Source: an uncultured Alphaproteobacteria bacterium
GTDB taxonomy: Bacteria; Pseudomonadota; Alphaproteobacteria; CAAHEQ01; UBA3637
Assembly (NCBI GenBank): GCA_944392785.1
Contig: CALXXW010000013.1
Coordinates: 182,201 to 246,200 of the forward strand
Direction: 5' to 3'
Length of the DNA: 64,000 nucleotides
How positions within the stretch are numbered: position 1 is the stretch's first letter; the number at the start of each line of letters is the position of its first letter. The notes under the pieces are model-generated. The model saw nothing but the letters and a program-made list of their open reading frames with translations, made no database searches and was not told the DNA's origin. Position numbers and translations under genes: made by a program. Positions 53,947-63,407 of this stretch are shown here, piece by piece.

Positions 53947-55110
53947 ATGAAAAAAATTCTTTTATGTTGTGCCACAGCCCTTCTGTTTTGCTCTTCCGCC
54001 AAGGCAGCCACACAGCCTTCAGAACAACCCATAGCGTCGTTCGCTCAACGTTATCAAAACGTTAAGAATGAACTGGACACGGCGCATGGCCTGAGTTATT
54101 CTTTAGATATATCCGGCATGATGCAACGGGGCGCACCTAATGGTAAGGGGACCTCTTGGCAAACGATAGCTTATGGGACAACGAATTGGGATATGTTTCG
54201 ATCTTCTCGCTGGGGAAGCGGTTCATTTCAAGCGGCCTATACGGCCGTGCGTTATGGCGGTATCAACGGAAATATATTGGGGAATCGTCTGAACATCATC
54301 ACGGGTCTTAATGACTATACCACAGCGTTGAATAATTTTAATCAACTGACATACACACATACGTTTGCCGGACGGGCCGATATATTATCCGTCATGTTAG
54401 GACAATATCCCATTTCAAACTTTGATGGCGGTGATTATAACAGCAATCAACAAATTAATTTTATCAATGAAGCCCTCAGCCAAAATGCCTCCAGCGCTTA
54501 CTCTATAGCCAGCCTGGGTGGGGCATTGACTTTGGCTCCCTCTAACACGGTTAATATCAGCATCGGCGCACAAAACGCTAATAACGTGAGCGGAGAAACA
54601 ATCAGCCTCAATAAGTTTGGAAAAGGACGCTTTACCAGCTTTGTCAACCTACTGTGGACCCCCTCCTTCCATGGACTGCCTGGGCAATATGGCTTTGTTT
54701 TATATGATCAACCCTATGTGCCGGAACAGCCTATGCATACAAAAGGGTGGAGTGTCAATCTGCAACAGGCCATCTCATCAAAAATAACGCTCTTCGCGCG
54801 GGCTAACGGGACCAATCAATCGCTGGAAAGCATTCGCCAATCCTATGTACTGGGAGGTGTTTTAAATAATCCTCTTAACCGTAACGAATTGGATCAAATC
54901 GGATTGGCCGCTGCTTTTAATAAACTCAATCGAAAGGTTAACGGTAATCAGACACGCTCTTGGGAAAATGTGATAGAGGCCTATTGGGCCTGGGGATTCT
55001 CTGACTTTTTAACACTGACACCGGATATACAAGTCTATCTTAATCCCGGAGAGGACCCTCATCAAAAAACCGCCGTTGTGACATCCTTACGAGCAACATT
55101 GATGTTCTAA
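53947..55110 (+). CDS. outer membrane beta-barrel porin, OprB-like (carbohydrate-selective porin family)
   Basis: Signal peptide MKKILLCCATALLFCSSAKA, alternating amphipathic beta-strands, a PDIQVYLNPG motif and a C-terminal Phe. Confidence 0.6.
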   Translation: MKKILLCCATALLFCSSAKAATQPSEQPIASFAQRYQNVKNELDTAHGLSYSLDISGMMQRGAPNGKGTSWQTIAYGTTNWDMFRSSRWGSGSFQAAYTAVRYGGINGNILGNRLNIITGLNDYTTALNNFNQLTYTHTFAGRADILSVMLGQYPISNFDGGDYNSNQQINFINEALSQNASSAYSIASLGGALTLAPSNTVNISIGAQNANNVSGETISLNKFGKGRFTSFVNLLWTPSFHGLPGQYGFVLYDQPYVPEQPMHTKGWSVNLQQAISSKITLFARANGTNQSLESIRQSYVLGGVLNNPLNRNELDQIGLAAAFNKLNRKVNGNQTRSWENVIEAYWAWGFSDFLTLTPDIQVYLNPGEDPHQKTAVVTSLRATLMF

Positions 55111-55243
55111 CATGTCCAACAACAAAATCCCTCTCGATTCGTAGAGTGTTATATCGTTTGTTAATAAGCTAAAAAAAGCTCATGTGCCTTGAAAGCATCT
55201 GAGCTCATTTTTACAACGCCCTATTTCCAAACGATTTGTCCCT

Positions 55244-55993
55244 TTAAAGAGGCGTTAAAATAGACGGCGTTATCTGAAAAGCATCAATCAAAGATTGTAT
55301 CTCATTTGTCTGTTTCTTTCCTGTCCAAATAGCACGTATCATAACATTTTTGGGAGAATTTTCAAAATTAACAAACTCTATAACATCTGCGCGGTATCCG
55401 TTATTTTCCAAGACATTGGCACGCAAGGCATCTGTCAACAAGGCTGCAAAACGCTCCTTCAACAAACCATACTTTAAAATAGGATCCAGCATCTTATTTT
55501 GTATTTGTTTTGCCAACTCCTTATGACAACAAGGAACAGATAAAATCAACTTAACTTGATTTTTCATAGCGTATTTCAAAACGATATCAGTTGCCGTATC
55601 ACAGGCATGTAAGCTCACCACAACATCCACACCTTGACCGTAGTTGTAGGCAGCAATATCACCTTCGATAAAATCCATTTCTTGAAATCCCAAACGCTGT
55701 TTAATTTGTGTGCACTTTTGAATAACATCTTTTTTCAGATCGACACCAATCACATGACACTCTTGCTGCCGAATTTCTTTCATAAAATAGTACAACACAA
55801 AAGTCAAATAAGATTTACCGCAACATAAATCCAAAATCGTCCAATGTTTTTTGGGAGGTAATCGATTCATGGCATCATTCAAAATAGCCAGAAAATTATT
55901 AATTTGAATATATTTATCTCTTTGATTTTTAAAAACATTACCATTCCTATCCATAACACCTAGTTCTATTATAGCTTTCCCCTTTTCTGACAA
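55244..55993 (-). CDS. class I SAM-dependent methyltransferase
   Basis: Motif I ILDLCCGKSY and an acidic residue at the end of beta-2 (GVDL). Confidence 0.6.
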   Translation of the reverse strand: MSEKGKAIIELGVMDRNGNVFKNQRDKYIQINNFLAILNDAMNRLPPKKHWTILDLCCGKSYLTFVLYYFMKEIRQQECHVIGVDLKKDVIQKCTQIKQRLGFQEMDFIEGDIAAYNYGQGVDVVVSLHACDTATDIVLKYAMKNQVKLILSVPCCHKELAKQIQNKMLDPILKYGLLKERFAALLTDALRANVLENNGYRADVIEFVNFENSPKNVMIRAIWTGKKQTNEIQSLIDAFQITPSILTPL

Positions 55994-56040
55994 GATGGGT
56001 GTTATTATGTCATAAAAAGGGGATGAAAGCCAGTCTTTTT

Positions 56041-57507
56041 TTAAATATGTATCAAACCACGGAAAAAGGCATACAGAGCCACAACGGCAATCAACAAAAT
56101 AACAGCCGCCAGCACTTTTTCCGAGCGAGACAACAATGGTCCCTCCATACCGTGTTTATGATTTTCCCATTGTGTCCACAGATAAATTGGTAGACCCAAA
56201 GCGATAAATACCACGGCCATCATCAAATAGGTAAGACCGGCGGCATACATTAACCACACCGCATATACACTGCCCAAAATGCCGGTTAAAACCGCCGAAA
56301 ATCGACTCAACCCCAACGTCATGGGAAATTCGTGATCTTCACAAATCTTCCACAGGTATAAGCAAGAGGTCAAATACGCCGGTAGCACCATAACTCCCGT
56401 AATTGATAGCATCGTATTCCAAGCATTATTCGAAAAATAAACCAATAACATGGCAAGTTGCATTAAAAGACTTGTCATCCAAAGAGAAACTTGAGGTGAT
56501 CCGGCTTTATTTTCACGCTCAAAAATTTCCGGGAACGAGCTCTTTTGAGCCATGGCATATGGCATTTCCGCCGTAATAATTGTCCATGATAACCAACTGG
56601 CTAAAATCGCAATAATCAACCCGGCATTCATCAACCACGCTCCCCATGGACCAACGATTTGCTCTAAAACACCGGCCGTGGAGGGATTCGGAATGGCTGC
56701 CAATTGAGGTTGAGTCATGTACCCAAAAGGCAAAACAGATAGTAAAATATAGATCCCCAAACAACCTAAAAACCCTAATATGGTTGCTTGACCGACCGCG
56801 GCTTGTGACTGAGCACGACCCGATAAAACGACCGCACCTTCAATGCCGATAAAGGACCAGAGCGTCACAAGCATCGTGCTTTTAATTTGTGTACCGACAT
56901 CACCTAAGTGTCTCAAGTGTTCACCCCAAAAATTCATATCGAATTTTGAGGCTTTAAAAACAAACGCAACAATAATAATGAAGATAATAAGGGGAACAAT
57001 TTTGGTGATAGTTGCGACCAAATTAATACGTATAGCTTCTTTGACACCACGTAGGACCAAAAAGTTAAAGAACCAGATTAACAAAGAGCCTCCCACAATA
57101 GAGGCTAAATTATTTCCTCCCGTAAAAGTGCCCGGAAAAAAATAATTGAGAGCGTCCATCGTAATAACGGCATATCCGACATTTCCAAAAATTTGACATA
57201 ACCAATAGCTCCAACCGATATTAAATCCTAGGTAATTGCCAAATCCGGCACGAGCATACAGATAAATACCCGATGTTAAATCTGGCTTAGCCAACGCCAA
57301 AATACGAAATGTATTAGCAATAAAATAAATACCCAACCCTGTGATAAGCCATGCTAAAATAACGGCTCCAGCTGATGCTGAAGCCGCCATATTTTGCGGT
57401 AACGAGAAGATTCCTCCGCCAATCATAGAGCTGATAACAACCCCGGCAAGACCTAAAACACCCAGCTTACCGGCTTTTGATATTTCTTTGTGTTGTTTTT
57501 TAAGCAT
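56041..57507 (-). CDS. ArcD/AaxC-family basic amino acid antiporter (arginine:agmatine or arginine:ornithine)
   Basis: 488 aa with 12-13 TM helices and the ArcD signature GGGIFSLPQNMAASA. Confidence 0.8.
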   Translation of the reverse strand: MLKKQHKEISKAGKLGVLGLAGVVISSMIGGGIFSLPQNMAASASAGAVILAWLITGLGIYFIANTFRILALAKPDLTSGIYLYARAGFGNYLGFNIGWSYWLCQIFGNVGYAVITMDALNYFFPGTFTGGNNLASIVGGSLLIWFFNFLVLRGVKEAIRINLVATITKIVPLIIFIIIVAFVFKASKFDMNFWGEHLRHLGDVGTQIKSTMLVTLWSFIGIEGAVVLSGRAQSQAAVGQATILGFLGCLGIYILLSVLPFGYMTQPQLAAIPNPSTAGVLEQIVGPWGAWLMNAGLIIAILASWLSWTIITAEMPYAMAQKSSFPEIFERENKAGSPQVSLWMTSLLMQLAMLLVYFSNNAWNTMLSITGVMVLPAYLTSCLYLWKICEDHEFPMTLGLSRFSAVLTGILGSVYAVWLMYAAGLTYLMMAVVFIALGLPIYLWTQWENHKHGMEGPLLSRSEKVLAAVILLIAVVALYAFFRGLIHI

Positions 57508-57574
57508 TTTTTTCCTTTCAATAATAGAGACAACAGCTTAAAAGCTCACATATTTTCCAAAAGCTCTTTGAACG

Positions 57575-58162
57575 TTATTTTTTGACATTGACTGCCGGTG
57601 CATAATCAAAATTTAAAAATCCGAGCGCTGTCAATGAATACCCAAAAGCCTGTGTGATATTGACAAAATTATGATAAAATTGAAAATCGCTATGTTTCTC
57701 AACATGGCGAATATCCAGCTCATGATTCAATGATTTTGTCAACCACATTTCAGCATGTGCTTTTGCAATATCGTCATCGATAAAAGTATCAAAAAATTCA
57801 ACATACTCAGCAGCCCAACCGCCAATAAATTTACCTTTTTTATCCTTGCCCCACACAATGCCGACACCTGTGGCAATAGCTTTATGATCCGTGTTTTTAG
57901 CACCGTGACCGGCCATGATAACTTCCAAAACAGCACCATGTTTAAAATTCTTTTCAACCTGTTCTACCGGCACGATATTTCCAAACAACTCCGGTGGCAA
58001 GACCGATGTATACGGCACGATATTAAAATCTTGGATTTTGGCTTGCAATAACGCCGAATCATAGCAGAATGTTTCAAATGGTTGCGGTGGGATACCATCA
58101 TCTGATTGACCGGCTCCACCGGTATGAAAAGCAAGTGTGGGATATCTTGTTCCGACTGTCAT
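57575..58162 (-). CDS. pyruvoyl-dependent arginine decarboxylase (PdaD/AaxB family)
   Basis: 195 aa, the same length as Chlamydia AaxB. The predicted self-cleavage site is Thr52|Ser53 (PYT|SVLPP), matching the AaxB proenzyme. Confidence 0.7.
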   Translation of the reverse strand: MTVGTRYPTLAFHTGGAGQSDDGIPPQPFETFCYDSALLQAKIQDFNIVPYTSVLPPELFGNIVPVEQVEKNFKHGAVLEVIMAGHGAKNTDHKAIATGVGIVWGKDKKGKFIGGWAAEYVEFFDTFIDDDIAKAHAEMWLTKSLNHELDIRHVEKHSDFQFYHNFVNITQAFGYSLTALGFLNFDYAPAVNVKK

Positions 58163-58351
58163 ATTTTCCTCCTTATAAAAAATTGATTGATAATTTCAGG
58201 CTATAAAAGCCCATGCCTGGCATATAAGATGTTTTTTTCTAAAGGACAATCTAACCAAAAGACCTAACAAAAAGGCGATATTGATAAAAAAAATCTACCG
58301 CTTATGTGTAGAGATGTGTTTCATTTTTATTGAGAAAAAAGGAGAAAAGCC

Positions 58352-58696
58352 ATGAAAAAAACACTATTATGCAGTCTGATCGTCACAGCTTTTTTGACAA
58401 CGACTGCCCATGCAGAAACATTGGTCGGTCAAGTTGAAGACATTCAAGGAAACACCCTTATTCTAACGACTGAGGACGGACAAACAAAAACATTTAAAAC
58501 CTCTGATGATACACATTATCGCAAAAAGAAAATGAAAAAAGAGCACAAGCTAAAACGTGGAAAAATGTCACCGGCCAAGGCTGTCGGCTATGAGCCCATG
58601 GTGGAGGAAGATGACTGGATCGAGTTAATCTATACTCCCTCTACCCAACAACTCGATGCCGAAGAGGTCCAAAGTATTACGGTCTATGATGATTAA
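58352..58696 (+). CDS. small secreted hypothetical protein
   Basis: Signal peptide MKKTLLCSLIVTAFLTTTAHA, a Lys-rich central patch and a terminator at 58719..58750. Confidence 0.5.
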   Translation: MKKTLLCSLIVTAFLTTTAHAETLVGQVEDIQGNTLILTTEDGQTKTFKTSDDTHYRKKKMKKEHKLKRGKMSPAKAVGYEPMVEEDDWIELIYTPSTQQLDAEEVQSITVYDD

Positions 58697-58894
58697 ATTA
58701 AATCACAAAAAATCTCGAATCCCTCTCTTGGAAAAGAGAGGGATTTATTTCATGCGGTTTTCCTCAAAAAATCAGAAAAAAAACAGTTCATCTTTCAAGA
58801 CACGGGATATCATATATACGTGTGAGTGATTACGCAACTTTTACGCTGTTTGACGTGTCATAAAAAAATCCCTCTTGAAAAAGAGGGATAAAGA

Positions 58895-58970
58895 TGGTGC
58901 CTGGGGACGGGATCGAACCGCCGACACAGGGATTTTCAGTCCCTTGCTCTACCAACTGAGCTACCCAGGC
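58895..58970 (-). tRNA. tRNA-Phe (anticodon GAA)
   Basis: Minus-strand cloverleaf with acceptor GCCTGGG/CCCAGGC, anticodon loop CTGAAAA and encoded CCA. A hairpin terminator lies at 58862..58893. Confidence 0.88.
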
Positions 58971-59225
58971 TATTGCCTTGGGGAATCTTATACACGAAAA
59001 AAAAATAAATGTCCAGCTTTTTTTTCATAAAAACACATTTTTTATCAAAATAATTTTTTATACGCCCACAGATATCACTCAGCATCCCCCGTTCCCCTTT
59101 GTCCCAAGCACAACATTTTTGATTCTCTTGAACCAGATAACCCCTTTACACCAGAGGTATATTTGTCTTCACAGAAAATATCCACAAAATCGCTTATATC
59201 AAGACATCACCCCAAAGCCGTGTTT

Positions 59226-60398
59226 TTAAGGGGAGGAAAACACCGGTTTTTCCTTGGGGACATCCGGTATTTTAGATGAGGAATCACCCGTTTTTTTGGA
59301 GCTCTTATCTTGTTTTGAAGTTGTAGATGATATCGTCGAAACAAGAGGTTCTGATTGCTTTTGCGACGCTGATTTGACCGCCACCGGTTGCTTTTGTTGT
59401 GCAACACTTCGGCTGAGGGGTTTTAAGCCTTTTCGAATCCGACGCCAGTTTTTAACATTCCATTGATGTTCTTTATAGGTTTCCGCAAAAACATGTCCTC
59501 CGGTTCCGTCTGCAACGAAATAAATGTCTTTTGTTTCCATCGGGTGCAAAACAGCTTGTAGCGATTTATATCCCGGGTTTGAAATCGGACCATCGGGTAA
59601 TCCGTAAATGACATAGGTATTATAGGGGTGTTGATACCGCAAATCCGCATATGTCAAACTTCTATTCAAATCTAAACGCCCGTTTGTCACGGCATAAATC
59701 ACCGTTGGATCAGACTGCAAGCGAATATTCTGTTCTAAGCGATTGATAAATACCGAAGCAATATGAGCACGTTCACGATCTAAAGACGTTTCCTTTTCAA
59801 CGATTGAAGCCATAACGACAGCCTCTTTCACATCACGAAAAGGCAGACCTTCGGCGCGGGTCGGCCACAGCTCTTCCAATGCTCGTCTCATAGCATTTTG
59901 CATACGCCGAATCATGGACTCTTTTGTGTCACCATAGGTGTAGTGATACGTATCCGGAAGCAATGTCCCATTTCGTGGAATGTGCTTCACTTCACCCTCC
60001 AGTCCCCTCATTCCATCCATTAAGGCCACTATCTGAGCAGATGTCAGCCCTTCAGGAACAACCAAACGTCGAACGACCGTATTTCCGCCGATCAAAATGT
60101 TCATAACCATTTTGGCGCTGGCGCCCCGTGGAAAAGAATACTCCCCAGCCTTCAATTTTTCAGCATTTCCGCTGGCACGCGTGCCTAAAACAAAAATGGA
60201 CGGACTGGCAATCACGCCTTCCTCATGCAACAGCGCAGCGACTTGTTTTAATCCTTTTCCCTTAGGAATGACCACTTCCTTACGCTCTGTCAAGGGGCCT
60301 TCGGCAACGAACTGATTATAGGTTGTAAAAACACTGCCGCCAATCAAAGACAGAACAAAAAATAGGATAAAGAAATAAATAAAGACACCGCGCCGCAT
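59226..60398 (-). CDS. mltG: endolytic murein transglycosylase MltG (YceG family) with disordered C-terminal tail
   Basis: N-terminal TM helix and a YceG domain. The last 70 aa are Ser/Lys/Gln-rich low complexity. Confidence 0.85.
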   Translation of the reverse strand: MRRGVFIYFFILFFVLSLIGGSVFTTYNQFVAEGPLTERKEVVIPKGKGLKQVAALLHEEGVIASPSIFVLGTRASGNAEKLKAGEYSFPRGASAKMVMNILIGGNTVVRRLVVPEGLTSAQIVALMDGMRGLEGEVKHIPRNGTLLPDTYHYTYGDTKESMIRRMQNAMRRALEELWPTRAEGLPFRDVKEAVVMASIVEKETSLDRERAHIASVFINRLEQNIRLQSDPTVIYAVTNGRLDLNRSLTYADLRYQHPYNTYVIYGLPDGPISNPGYKSLQAVLHPMETKDIYFVADGTGGHVFAETYKEHQWNVKNWRRIRKGLKPLSRSVAQQKQPVAVKSASQKQSEPLVSTISSTTSKQDKSSKKTGDSSSKIPDVPKEKPVFSSP

Positions 60399-60408
60399 GC
60401 TGAAACGC

Positions 60409-61659
60409 TTAGACTTTCTTGAAAATCAAGGTACCGTTAGTCCCGCCAAATCCGAAAGAGTTAGAGAGTGCCACACGAACTGTTTTTTCTTTTGCTACAT
60501 TTGGAACCAAGTCAAAGCCCTCTGTTCCCTCTTCTGGATTTTCCAGGTTAATGGTCGGAGGTAAAACGCCGGTATTGATTGCCATCAGAGAATAGATTGC
60601 CTCAACCGCCCCGGCAGCTCCCAATAAATGCCCGATAGCCGATTTTGTGGAAGACATTGATACCTTGGTATCACCGAACAAAGCCTTAACGGCATTAAAT
60701 TCAACCATATCGCCCAAAGGTGTAGAGGTTCCATGCGCGTTGATATAGTCCACATCTTCCGGATTTAAACCGGCAGCTTTTAAGGCACCTTTCATTGCGC
60801 GAAAGCCGCCATTACCACCCGGTGCCGTAATATGATGCGCATCACCCGTCATAGCATAGCCGACAACTTCACCATAGATTTTAGCACCGCGAGCTTTGGC
60901 ATGTTCATATTCTTCCAACACGACCACACCGGCTCCTTCCCCCATAACGAAACCGTCACGTCCTTTATCCCAAGGGCGAGAAGCATGCGTCGGATCATCA
61001 TTATAGGAGTGAGAAAGAGCCTTGGCTTGAGAAAATCCGGCAATACCCAAAGGACAGATAGCCGCTTCTGCTCCGCCGGCCACCATCACATCAGCCTCAT
61101 TATTTCGAATAATCCGTGCGGCATCTCCGATAGAGTGTGTGCCGGTTGCACAAGCTGTCACGATCGAGTGGTTAGGCCCCTTTAACCCATATTTAATAGA
61201 CACGTGCCCTGAGATTAAATTAACCAGAGAAGACGGGATAAAAAAAGGTGACAACCGACGCGGTCCTTGTTCATGGACCAAGATAGCACCTTGTTCGATT
61301 GTTTGTAATCCGCCGATTCCCGAGCTGATTAAGACACCGGTCCGCTCTTGTTCTTCTTCTGTCTGAGGGACAAAGCCAGAGTCTTCAATAGCATCTGTCG
61401 CAGCCGTTAATCCATAGAGGATGAACGGATCGACATGGCGTTGCTCTTTTGGAGACATAATTGAATCGGGCTGAAAAGCATCGGCTTCATCTCCCACAGG
61501 AATCTGACCGGCAATTTGGCACACAAAATTTGTCGTATCGAAAGTCTTAATTTTTGAAATTCCGGATTTCCCGGCCGTAATTTTTTCCCAGTTTTTTTGG
61601 ACACCTCGTCCCAGAGGCGTTAACATTCCCATACCGGTAATTACAACACGTCTAGTCAT
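60409..61659 (-). CDS. fabF: 3-oxoacyl-ACP synthase II
   Basis: 416 aa with the Cys-His-His triad context (ACATGTHSIGDA, HGTSTPLGD, GHLLGAAGA). Confidence 0.92.
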   Translation of the reverse strand: MTRRVVITGMGMLTPLGRGVQKNWEKITAGKSGISKIKTFDTTNFVCQIAGQIPVGDEADAFQPDSIMSPKEQRHVDPFILYGLTAATDAIEDSGFVPQTEEEQERTGVLISSGIGGLQTIEQGAILVHEQGPRRLSPFFIPSSLVNLISGHVSIKYGLKGPNHSIVTACATGTHSIGDAARIIRNNEADVMVAGGAEAAICPLGIAGFSQAKALSHSYNDDPTHASRPWDKGRDGFVMGEGAGVVVLEEYEHAKARGAKIYGEVVGYAMTGDAHHITAPGGNGGFRAMKGALKAAGLNPEDVDYINAHGTSTPLGDMVEFNAVKALFGDTKVSMSSTKSAIGHLLGAAGAVEAIYSLMAINTGVLPPTINLENPEEGTEGFDLVPNVAKEKTVRVALSNSFGFGGTNGTLIFKKV

Positions 61660-61759
61660 TTATTTTTTCCTTTTCCTCAATTATCTCTTCAAAAAAAGAG
61701 ACGCCACCTAAAGCTCAACAGCTGAAGAAGCGGCGTCTTTCATGAATTACAGCTGCAAA

Positions 61760-61993
61760 TTAAACTTGCTTTTCAATAAAGTCAATTGCATCTTTTACCG
61801 TACGAATTTTTTCGGCGGCGTCGTCTGGGATAGAGCAGCCGAATTCTTCTTCGAAAGCCATAACCAACTCGACTGTATCCAAACTGTCGGCACCCAGATC
61901 ATCGATAAAGCTAGATGTTTCTGTCACTTTAGCTTCATCCACTCCCAAATGTTCAACAACAATTTTCTTTACGCGTTCTGCAATATTACTCAT
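61760..61993 (-). CDS. acpP: acyl carrier protein
   Basis: 77 aa with the phosphopantetheine site [14 protein letters not shown]. Confidence 0.95.
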   Translation of the reverse strand: MSNIAERVKKIVVEHLGVDEAKVTETSSFIDDLGADSLDTVELVMAFEEEFGCSIPDDAAEKIRTVKDAIDFIEKQV

Positions 61994-62121
61994 GATAAAA
62001 TTTCCTTTTCTATTAAAATGATGTTTGTCATACTTGACGAAAACAAAGTGGTTTTAGCATATTTTTTTTGTTTCGGCAAGCCTTTTTTTCTTTTTTTCGA
62101 TAATGAGTTTCATTTTTTCAA

Positions 62122-62859
62122 TTAAATCATTACCATACCACCGTTCACATGGATAGTTTGACCGGTGATATAAGCGGCCTCATCGCTGGCCAAAAAGACG
62201 ACGGCATTCGCGATATCCTCGGCTGAGCCCAAGCGCGCCATAGGAATTTTTTTCAGCAATGCTGCCTTAGCATCTTCCGGCAAAACATCCGTCATTGGTG
62301 TTTTGATAAATCCCGGAGCCACGCAGTTAACCGTAATTCCTCGGCTGGCTAATTCTTGTCCCATGCATTTAGACATGGCAATTAAAGCGCCTTTTGAAGC
62401 GGAATAGTTTGCTTGACCGGCATTTCCCATGACACCGACAACGGAAGCCATTCCGATGATGCGACCAAAGCGACGTTTCATCATTCCCGGCATAACGGCT
62501 CGAGCCAAACGGAAACCGGCCGTCAAGTTGATATCCAAGACTTGTTGCCATTGTTCATCTGTCATGCGCATGGACAAGCCATCTTTTGTGATACCGGCAT
62601 TATTGACCAAGATATCAATTTTACCCATATCCGCCTCAGCCTGTTTCACCAAGTTTTTTAAACTTTCTGCATCAGTCAAGTTTGCCGAATAGACGAAGAC
62701 CCGTTCTCCCAACTCGGCCTTAAATGCATTCAATGTATCCATATTCATATCTGTCAAAGCCAGCGTTGCTCCCTGTGCGTGCAACTTTTTAGCGATCTGA
62801 CGACCGATTCCACCGGTTGCACCCGTCACTAACGCTGTTTTTCCTGTAAAATCTAACAT
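62122..62859 (-). CDS. fabG: 3-oxoacyl-ACP reductase
   Basis: SDR with TGATGGIG and the YSASK active site. Confidence 0.92.
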   Translation of the reverse strand: MLDFTGKTALVTGATGGIGRQIAKKLHAQGATLALTDMNMDTLNAFKAELGERVFVYSANLTDAESLKNLVKQAEADMGKIDILVNNAGITKDGLSMRMTDEQWQQVLDINLTAGFRLARAVMPGMMKRRFGRIIGMASVVGVMGNAGQANYSASKGALIAMSKCMGQELASRGITVNCVAPGFIKTPMTDVLPEDAKAALLKKIPMARLGSAEDIANAVVFLASDEAAYITGQTIHVNGGMVMI

Positions 62860-63407
62860 CTTTTCTCCTTTTATTATAGATAAGAGGTTTTTTTTATAAC
62901 ACCCCTTTAGGTAAAAATCAACCTCTTTTTGAATTTGTCATAAAAATGTCGTGTTTATGATGACAGAGATTGATGACACAGATACATATCCAACCTTAAC
63001 AAGCCTTTTCAAAGGGTGAGAACGCCTGGCCAGCTTAACGCAGAGTATCCGGGCCAAGTCTGGGGGTGGGAAGACTTAGGAACTAATATCCTCTGGCGAC
63101 TGACAGATTCCTTTCTCTTCTGCTTTTATCTCCCCATAGAGCTTATCTGACTGGCGCATAGGTTTTGTGGGTTATTTTGAGGAATAGAGAGCAAGACAAG
63201 ATACAAGCGTTATGGTTTCTTGTTTCCCAAATAGCCTTCACGGGACCCAGGTTGCCTCCCGTCTTCTGTGACTAACGCGCAGCAGATCCTATAGGTTATA
63301 CTCTGTGCGGTGTGCGCAACCGCCGGCCTGCTGCAGCTGTTTTATTTGACAGATCGGGCGTTAAAGGGGGATAAAGCCCCCCTTTAAGCCCGACCAGAGC
63401 CCCGGGG

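Noticed and set aside
62860-63407. Possible tmRNA, fabD remnant or other structured RNA in the ORF-free region upstream of fabG
   Set aside because: No tRNA-like acceptor/T-arm, no alphaproteobacterial tag-peptide coding sequence (ANDN...) and no recognisable FabD peptide in any frame. Left as an unexplained spacer (see finding).
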